Assembly (NCBI GenBank): GCA_001730085.1
Contig: MDLB01000107.1
Coordinates: 34,432 to 98,431, forward strand
Direction of reading: 5' to 3'
DNA from: PVC group bacterium (ex Bugula neritina AB1)
Lineage (GTDB): Bacteria > GCA-001730085
Length of the DNA stretch: 64,000 nucleotides
Below the pieces are notes generated by a model, which saw only the letters and a list, made by a program, of their open reading frames with translations, was not told the DNA's origin and searched no databases. Shown here one piece after another: positions 56,267-64,000 of the stretch; the stretch's first letter is position 1; each line of letters begins with the position of its first letter. The position numbers and the translations under genes were made by a program.

Positions 56267-58741
56267 ATGAGTGATCTGATTGAAGGGAAGATCATCGACT
56301 GTGATATTGAAGAGGAAATGAAAAACTCTTATACCACATATGCGATGAGCGTTATTATTTCTAGGGCTTTACCAGATACGAGAGATGGTTTAAAACCTTC
56401 CCAGCGACGCATTTTATTTGCTATGAAAGAGTTGGGGTTATCTCCAAATAAAAAACATAGGAAGTGTGCGAAGATTGCTGGTGACACTTCTGGTAACTAT
56501 CACCCTCATGGTGAACAAGTTGTCTATCCCACACTCGTACGGATGGCTCAAAGCTTTAGCATGAGATATATGCTAGTTGATGGACAGGGAAACTTTGGAT
56601 CCGTAGATGGTGATCCTCCTGCAGCGATGAGATATACCGAGGCTCGAATGCAAGAGCCTGCTCGGTTTTTAATGGAAGATATTGATAAAAAAACCGTTGA
56701 TTTTGTTCCTAACTATGATGAAACATTAACGGAGCCATCTGTTCTTCCTGCTAAATTTCCCAATCTTTTGTGCAATGGTTCAACTGGTATTGCTGTAGGG
56801 ATGGCTACCAATATTCCTCCTCACAATATTAGAAATGTTGCCTCTTGTATAAACAAAGTTATTGACGAACCAGATGTTGCTATTCCTGAACTGATTGAAT
56901 TGATGGAGGGCCCAGACTTTCCTACTGGTGGGATTATATGTGGCAAGGCTGGTATTTACTCTGCTTATACGACAGGAAGAGGGGTTATAAAAATAAGAGC
57001 CCGTGTTGAGCAAGAAGATATGAATGGAGGGAAAACGCGCCTTGTTATTACCGAGATCCCTTATCAAATCAATAAAACGAACCTTATCCAGTGCATTGTT
57101 TCTTTGGTCCAAAACAAGGTCATGACCAACATTGCAGACATTAGAGATGAGTCAGATAAAGACGGGATCCGTTTAGTTATAGAGACAAAGCGTGATGAAA
57201 ACCCTGAAATCGTTTTGAATCAACTTTACAAGCACAGCCAATTACAAGTGTCGTATGGTATAAATATGTTAGCACTTGTTGATGCTCGTCCAAAACTTCT
57301 TAACTTGAAAGAGCTTGTTTTGAGCTATGTTAATCATCGTCGAGATATTGTGACGAGAAGGACACAGTTTGAACTTGATAAAGCCGAAAGAAGAGCTCAC
57401 ATCTTAGAAGGTTTGAGGATCGCTCGAGATCATATTGATGAGGTTATTCACTTGATTAGATCTTCTAAAACGTCAGCAGAAGCGAAACTTGGGCTTATTG
57501 AAAAATTTAAAATGACCGAGATACAAGCTCAAGCGGTTTTAGAAATGCAGTTGCAACGTCTAACAGGTTTAGAACGCGACAAACTGGAAGAAGAATATCA
57601 AAAACTCTTGATGCTTATTAATGACTTAAAATCGGTTTTGGCAAGTGATTACAAAATTGATCAGATCATCAAAGATGAGTTGAGTGAAGTTGTTGAGAAA
57701 AATGGGGATAACAGGAGAACAGACCTCACACAGGATTCTTCGGATATCGACATCGAAGACTTGATACCTTCTGAAGATATGGTTGTAACTATCACACATA
57801 CAGGCTACATTAAAGCCCTTCCGACTTCGACTTACCGAAAACAAAATAGAGGAGGTAGAGGAGTTACAGGAATGGGGACGGGCGAAAATGATTTTGTCCA
57901 AGAGATGTTTGTTGCTAACTCTCATGATTATCTTCTATTTTTCACCAACCGTGGTAGGGTGTATTGGCAAAAAGTTTATCAACTTCCTCAGGGGAGTCGT
58001 GTGGCCAAAGGTAAGGCGATTGTTAACTTGCTCAACTTGAGTGAAGATGAAAAAGTTCAAGCGTATATACCTATTAAGACATTTAAGGATGATGAATATC
58101 TGATTTTTGTTTCCAAAAAAGGACTGATAAAAAAGAGTAAACTTGTTGATTACTCTCGACCTAGATCAAGCGGTATTATCGCGTTAACAATAGAAGAAGG
58201 CGATGAGTTGATTGATGTTATCCGAAGTCATGGTGAGCAAGATGTTTTGATATCAACACATGAGGGGATGGCTATCCGTTTCAATGAAACTGATGTTCGC
58301 GTTATGGGGCGTAGTGCGAAAGGTGTTCGTGCGATCAAGTTAAAAAAAGAACATGATTTTGTTGTAGGTGTGGTTATTCTAGATACAGATATGGATATAT
58401 TAACTGTTTCTCAAAATGGCTATTGCAAAAAAACAGGAATGAAACACTACCGCCTTCAACATCGAGGGGGGTCGGGTATAATCAATATAAAAACAACAGA
58501 GAAGACAGGAAAAGTTGTCACGATCAAAGCTGTTCGTAATGACGACGATATCATGGTTATAACAGCGAATAGCATGATTATAAGATACTCGGTGGAATCA
58601 ATTAGAGCTGCTGGAAGAAATACTCAAGGGGTTAAAGCTATCCGTTTAAAGGATAAAGACTTGGTTGCTTCTGTTGCTCATGTGATTAATGCATCGAAAG
58701 AAGAAGAAATCGCGGAAGTTTTTGAGGAGAACCCTTCATGA
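56267..58741 (+). CDS. gyrA: DNA gyrase subunit A
   Basis: Active-site Tyr region ([10 protein letters not shown]), a QRDR-like region, and a C-terminal beta-pinwheel with a GyrA box (QRGGRGV-like NRGGRGVTG). Confidence 0.98.
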   Translation: MSDLIEGKIIDCDIEEEMKNSYTTYAMSVIISRALPDTRDGLKPSQRRILFAMKELGLSPNKKHRKCAKIAGDTSGNYHPHGEQVVYPTLVRMAQSFSMRYMLVDGQGNFGSVDGDPPAAMRYTEARMQEPARFLMEDIDKKTVDFVPNYDETLTEPSVLPAKFPNLLCNGSTGIAVGMATNIPPHNIRNVASCINKVIDEPDVAIPELIELMEGPDFPTGGIICGKAGIYSAYTTGRGVIKIRARVEQEDMNGGKTRLVITEIPYQINKTNLIQCIVSLVQNKVMTNIADIRDESDKDGIRLVIETKRDENPEIVLNQLYKHSQLQVSYGINMLALVDARPKLLNLKELVLSYVNHRRDIVTRRTQFELDKAERRAHILEGLRIARDHIDEVIHLIRSSKTSAEAKLGLIEKFKMTEIQAQAVLEMQLQRLTGLERDKLEEEYQKLLMLINDLKSVLASDYKIDQIIKDELSEVVEKNGDNRRTDLTQDSSDIDIEDLIPSEDMVVTITHTGYIKALPTSTYRKQNRGGRGVTGMGTGENDFVQEMFVANSHDYLLFFTNRGRVYWQKVYQLPQGSRVAKGKAIVNLLNLSEDEKVQAYIPIKTFKDDEYLIFVSKKGLIKKSKLVDYSRPRSSGIIALTIEEGDELIDVIRSHGEQDVLISTHEGMAIRFNETDVRVMGRSAKGVRAIKLKKEHDFVVGVVILDTDMDILTVSQNGYCKKTGMKHYRLQHRGGSGIINIKTTEKTGKVVTIKAVRNDDDIMVITANSMIIRYSVESIRAAGRNTQGVKAIRLKDKDLVASVAHVINASKEEEIAEVFEENPS

Positions 58742-59196
58742 CAGAAAAGACTTTAGTTATTTTAAAGCCAGATGCTGTAAAGAGAGCATTGACAGGAGAA
58801 ATCATTTCTCGTTTTGAAAAAAAAGGTTTAAAGATTCTTGCTTTAAAAATGACTTCATTGGATGATGATATTTTGAGTAAGCATTATTCTGAACATGTGA
58901 ATAAATTTTTTTATGAAGGCTTATGCCGATTCATGAAAGATGGTCCCGTTCTTTTAATCCTTTTAGAGGGTTATGAAGCTATAAGTGTTGTTCGTAAGAT
59001 GATGGGACAAACCAATGCGTCTAAAGCTGATTCGGGAACTATTCGTGGAGACTTTGCTTTAACACAAGGTTTTAATCTGGTTCATGGGTCTGACTCTAAA
59101 GAAGCTGCGGATAGAGAAATAGCTTTATTTTTTAAAGATCATGATATTCATCATTATCAGTTAGATTCAGAAAAGTGGAACCTTCCGAATGACTAA
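58738..59196 (+). CDS. ndk: Nucleoside diphosphate kinase
   Basis: Active-site NLVHGSDS and full-length NDK similarity. 4-nt overlap with the gyrA stop. Confidence 0.95.
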   Translation: MTEKTLVILKPDAVKRALTGEIISRFEKKGLKILALKMTSLDDDILSKHYSEHVNKFFYEGLCRFMKDGPVLLILLEGYEAISVVRKMMGQTNASKADSGTIRGDFALTQGFNLVHGSDSKEAADREIALFFKDHDIHHYQLDSEKWNLPND

Positions 59197-59247
59197 TCAT
59201 AGTCATTGTAAAGATTTATTTTAATATTAAAGAGAAAGTTTTATTGG

Positions 59248-59640
59248 ATGGAAAAAAAGACCTATCAAAATGCTCAGGGGGATCTTTCCAATCTACAAAC
59301 GCCTGATATTGAAGTTTGGGAAAATCAATATAAAGACAGAGATTATACGGTTTCCTTTGAGCTTGCTGAGTTCACATGTGTTTGTCCTAAAACAGGTTTG
59401 CCTGATTTTGCAACGCTTTACCTTAACTATGTTCCTGAAAAATGGTGCATCGAACTCAAATCTTTTAAAATGTATATTCTTTTTTATAGAGATATTGGAA
59501 TATTTCATGAGCACTTTGTGAACAAAATCTTAGATGATATTGTAAAGGCTTGTTCGCCACGCTCTGCTTCTTTAAAGGCTATTGTGAACACTAGAGGTGG
59601 TATTCTAACCACAGTTGAGTCAATATACCCTTACAAGTAA
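59248..59640 (+). CDS. queF: NADPH-dependent 7-cyano-7-deazaguanine reductase QueF (type I)
   Basis: Active-site Cys motif CPKTGLPD and QueF motif ELKSFKMY. Confidence 0.85.
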   Translation: MEKKTYQNAQGDLSNLQTPDIEVWENQYKDRDYTVSFELAEFTCVCPKTGLPDFATLYLNYVPEKWCIELKSFKMYILFYRDIGIFHEHFVNKILDDIVKACSPRSASLKAIVNTRGGILTTVESIYPYK

Positions 59641-59672
59641 AATCTAGATATCTTCAAAATACGGGATCATTA

Positions 59673-60761
59673 TTGAAAACTTTAGAAATAGAGACATCTC
59701 AAATAGATATGAGAGATGAAGTTGTTTCATCTTTGCTCAAATGGTATCAAGAAAATGCAAGAACGCTTCCTTGGAGAGATTCTCCGTCTCCTTACCGTGT
59801 ATGGATATCAGAAATAATGCTACAGCAAACAACAGTTGCGACCGTTATTCCTTATTTTTCTAGATGGATGATAGATTTTCCAGATATTAAAAGTGTTGCC
59901 GAAGCAAGTTTGGATGAAATCTTAAAGCAATGGCAGGGGCTTGGGTATTATCGTAGGGCTCAAAATATTCATAAAGCAGCCAATATAATGGTTGAGTATT
60001 TTGATGGAGAAGTGCCTGAAGACAAGGAAACTTTAAAAACACTTCCTGGCTTTGGGCCCTATACGACTGCTGCGGTTTTAAGTATTGCTTTTGGACAGAG
60101 AGAGGCGATTGTTGATACAAATGTTAGAAGGTTTATCATGCGACTATTGGGGCGAGAGGGTATCGCTGATTCAAAGCAAGATAAATGGATCCGTGAGTAT
60201 TTAGAGTTTCTTATGCCTTATAAAGAAATGAGAAGTTTCAATCAATCCTTGATGGAAATTGGAGCTTTGATTTGTCCATCTAAAACCCCAAAATGTTTGA
60301 TTTGTCCTGTCCAAAAAAACTGTAAAGCTTTTCATTTAGGGCTTCAAGATGTGATTCCCATTACAAAAAAGAAAAAACTAGAAAAAATAGATGCGGGACT
60401 TGCCGTTATTCATGATAAAAAAAAATTTTATATACAAAAAAGACCTGCCAAAGGTTTGTGGGCTAATATGTGGGAGTTTCCAGGAGGGAAAAGAGAGGAG
60501 CGGGAAACTCTTGAAGAAACGGTTCGAAGAGAAATCAAAGAGGAAGTAGGTATTGAACTTTCGCATGTTGTCTTTTTTTCTAAAATACGTCATTTTTATA
60601 CGCACTTTGATGTTTCTTTGCATGTTTTTATTTGTGAAACAAACGATTTCATTGAAGAGTCTGAGGTTGCGGCTTGGGTATCTCTCGAAGAGATGAAGAA
60701 ATACCCGATGCCATCTGCGAATGGTAAAATTTTAGATCAACTGAGAGAGCATTTTGTATGA
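59673..60761 (+). CDS. mutY: A/G-specific adenine DNA glycosylase MutY (HhH-GPD domain plus C-terminal NUDIX-like domain)
   Basis: LPWR, SEIMLQQT, a 4Fe-4S loop CxxxxxxCxxCxxxxxC (CPSKTPKCLICPVQKNC), and a C-terminal MutT-like domain. Confidence 0.9.
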   Translation: MKTLEIETSQIDMRDEVVSSLLKWYQENARTLPWRDSPSPYRVWISEIMLQQTTVATVIPYFSRWMIDFPDIKSVAEASLDEILKQWQGLGYYRRAQNIHKAANIMVEYFDGEVPEDKETLKTLPGFGPYTTAAVLSIAFGQREAIVDTNVRRFIMRLLGREGIADSKQDKWIREYLEFLMPYKEMRSFNQSLMEIGALICPSKTPKCLICPVQKNCKAFHLGLQDVIPITKKKKLEKIDAGLAVIHDKKKFYIQKRPAKGLWANMWEFPGGKREERETLEETVRREIKEEVGIELSHVVFFSKIRHFYTHFDVSLHVFICETNDFIEESEVAAWVSLEEMKKYPMPSANGKILDQLREHFV

Positions 60762-61120
60762 GCTTCATAATGATTTTCTTGGGCGGAGGGCTAGGGGCTT
60801 TATCTCGATTTCTACTTATAAAACTTATTGATAGTTATGGATTTTCCTCACTTTCTTTAGGTGTTTTGGGAGTCAATATATTGGGGGCCTTAGCTTTGGG
60901 ATTTTTTTTACCATGGTTCAAAGAGGGGGGGAGATATCTACTTTTCACCGTAGGTTTTTTAGGAGCTTTCACAACTTTTTCAACTTATAGCTTTCAAACT
61001 TTTGAGCTTATTAGAAAAAGCTTATACCTATTGGCTTTTATGAATATCCTTTTGAATAATGTGCTTTCTATTTTAGCTATATGTATTGGAAGGGCTTTGT
61101 CTCTCTTTTTTTTCTTTTAA
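60758..61120 (+). CDS. crcB: Fluoride ion channel CrcB/FluC
   Basis: 4-TM protein with GGxGAxxR (GGGLGALSRF) and a TFSTYSFQT motif. Overlaps mutY by 4 nt. Confidence 0.85.
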   Translation: MSFIMIFLGGGLGALSRFLLIKLIDSYGFSSLSLGVLGVNILGALALGFFLPWFKEGGRYLLFTVGFLGAFTTFSTYSFQTFELIRKSLYLLAFMNILLNNVLSILAICIGRALSLFFFF

Positions 61121-61228
61121 CAAAGAGATTTTTTCTGTAGGATACAGTAGCTTTTTGTTTGTAAAGTATTTAAACAGAGTCTTGAAGTATAAGCGAATGC
61201 ATCAAGTTCGATAAGTATATTAGATTTC

Positions 61229-61570
61229 TTATTCTTTTGAAGTACGGTGAGGGCTTTGTGAGTCTAAAATTTTATAAACGACTTCATCTTCTCTAACTAA
61301 TCCTAAATTTTTTCTTGCCAATTTTTCAATATATTCTGGATCATGTTCTAAAAGGTAAATCTGTTCCTTTAAAAGAGCTGTGGATTCCTTTTTTTCGGCA
61401 ATCTCGCGATCAAGCATATCTAACTCTTTCTGAAGTTCTTTTTTTTTTAAAAATGTTGGCGTGAGTTGAACCAAAATAGCTATAAAAGCGATTATTAGAA
61501 AGAAAGAAAAAAGTTTGTTATTCAGAAAAAACTTTTCTATACGGTTTTTGCGGAAACGATTCTTTTTCAA
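61229..61570 (-). CDS. ftsB: FtsB/DivIC-like septum formation initiator
   Basis: N-terminal TM plus a coiled coil, and a C-terminal DPEYIEKLARKNLGLV motif typical of FtsB. Located immediately upstream of eno. Confidence 0.7.
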   Translation of the reverse strand: MKKNRFRKNRIEKFFLNNKLFSFFLIIAFIAILVQLTPTFLKKKELQKELDMLDREIAEKKESTALLKEQIYLLEHDPEYIEKLARKNLGLVREDEVVYKILDSQSPHRTSKE

Positions 61571-61639
61571 GTGTAGCTTTTCCCTTAAGTTAGGAGAGGT
61601 TTTGACCTTTAAGCCAAAGCCTCTCCTGATTTTTTAGAT

Positions 61640-62965
<1,326 letters not shown>

Positions 62966-62999
62966 TCATCTAGAATGTTGATTACGAAGTTCTTATGCT

Positions 63000-64000
63000 T
63001 TAGGTTTGTTGTCCCACTTTACATAAGATATCGTAAGGAAGTGAGGCAGTTGTTTTTGCGATATCATAAACTGTAACGCTATTTTTACCTTGACGTCCCA
63101 TAATGACAACTTCATCACCTACGTTCACTATATCTTGATTTTGTAACTCTATGATGGAAAGTCCCATAGAAACAGCTCCTATAATAGGTCTTTTTTCTCC
63201 ATTGATCAAGACTTTTCCTGCTAAGGAACGCTGGTAGGGAATTCCGCGGGCATAGCCAGCATTAATAATAGCTATTTTAGTTTGTTTAGTTGTGATATAT
63301 CTATGGTCATACCCGACCCCTGTATTGGGAGGGACTGTTTTGATTTGAACGATTTTCGCACTTAAAGACATTACAGGTTTTAGATCTATAGGAGATAAGT
63401 TAGGAGGAAAGGGGAGCGCGCCATAAAGTGCACCACCGATACGTACCATTGTATAATGACTTTGTGGGTAGTGAAGCGCTCCAAAAGTATTGGAGAGGTG
63501 AATCTCTTCAAAAGAGTTTCCAGATTTTTTACAGTTAGTAACTGTATTTAAAAATAATTCATTTTGTGCCTTAAAAGAGGCCAAATCGTTACGATTAGAG
63601 GATGCTAGATGTGAAAAAATCCCCAATACACGAGAAAAGGAGGATTTTTTAAAGATTTCCAGGATTGGCTTTACTTCTAAGGGGAAAGCTCCGCACCGTG
63701 ACATTCCTGTATCAACTTTTATATGAACATTTATATGTTTTTTATATTTTGTAGTAATAGAAATTAGCGCTAAAGCTTCTTCTATTGAAGAGATCGTGAT
63801 CAATATATTTTTATCTAAAAAGAGTTTATATTCTTCTGGCAAAACCGGTTCTAGTATAAGAATATTTCCAGTGCTCTTTAAAGATTGAAGTTCAAAAGCT
63901 TCTTTAGGAGTAGAAACTCCAAAAAAATTAACCCCGAGTTTTTCTAAACATGGAGCGATATTTTTTATACCATGACCGTAGGCATTTGATTTCACCACAG
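63000..64000 (-). CDS. alr: Alanine racemase, N-terminus truncated by window edge
   Basis: VVKSNAYGHG PLP-lysine motif close to the window end. The true start lies beyond 64000; the track's Met at 63998 is internal. Confidence 0.85.
   Translation of the reverse strand, partial: VVKSNAYGHGIKNIAPCLEKLGVNFFGVSTPKEAFELQSLKSTGNILILEPVLPEEYKLFLDKNILITISSIEEALALISITTKYKKHINVHIKVDTGMSRCGAFPLEVKPILEIFKKSSFSRVLGIFSHLASSNRNDLASFKAQNELFLNTVTNCKKSGNSFEEIHLSNTFGALHYPQSHYTMVRIGGALYGALPFPPNLSPIDLKPVMSLSAKIVQIKTVPPNTGVGYDHRYITTKQTKIAIINAGYARGIPYQRSLAGKVLINGEKRPIIGAVSMGLSIIELQNQDIVNVGDEVVIMGRQGKNSVTVYDIAKTTASLPYDILCKVGQQT

Overview
Low-GC (roughly 35-37%) bacterial chromosomal window of densely packed housekeeping genes. 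Taxon not assignable from sequence alone. The Pkn1-like STK-FGE kinase, HlyB-type T1SS, F-type ATPase and 3-subunit SDH are compatible with a PVC/Chlamydiae-like or other host-associated lineage. Layout, left to right: truncated hisG and tRNA-Val; a three-gene type I secretion operon (tolC-hlyB-hlyD) followed by a divergent TrpD-fold gene; a signal-peptide HAD-like protein; split class I fumarase (alpha, beta); lolD-lolC/E-lysS-HAD-sdhBAC; a complete F-type ATP synthase operon (atpI-[c-like paralog]-atpBEFHAGDC) preceded by parB-parA-mnmG; a ~2.5 kb gene-free higher-order tandem-repeat array inserted between mnmG and mnmE; mnmE-yidC-yidD-rnpA-rpmH; a Fur-family regulator; an initiator-like tRNA-Met inside a 1.2 kb AT-rich gap; sufBCDS-sufU-nfu; tgt; an orphan pilT; a Zn-ribbon/Ser-Thr kinase/TM/FGE-domain protein; folA-thyA; dnaA-dnaN-DUF721-gyrB-gyrA-ndk; queF; mutY; crcB; ftsB-like; eno; and truncated alr. 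DnaA boxes flank dnaA, making this the probable oriC. The most unusual element is the satellite-like array (11 units of 188/248 bp organised as an 872 bp higher-order repeat, each unit carrying a GTTCCC-AA-GGGAAC inverted repeat). Second-tier items: a c-subunit paralog lacking the ion-binding carboxylate, an orphan HlyB-type T1SS, an orphan PilT, and a Pkn1-like kinase-FGE fusion.
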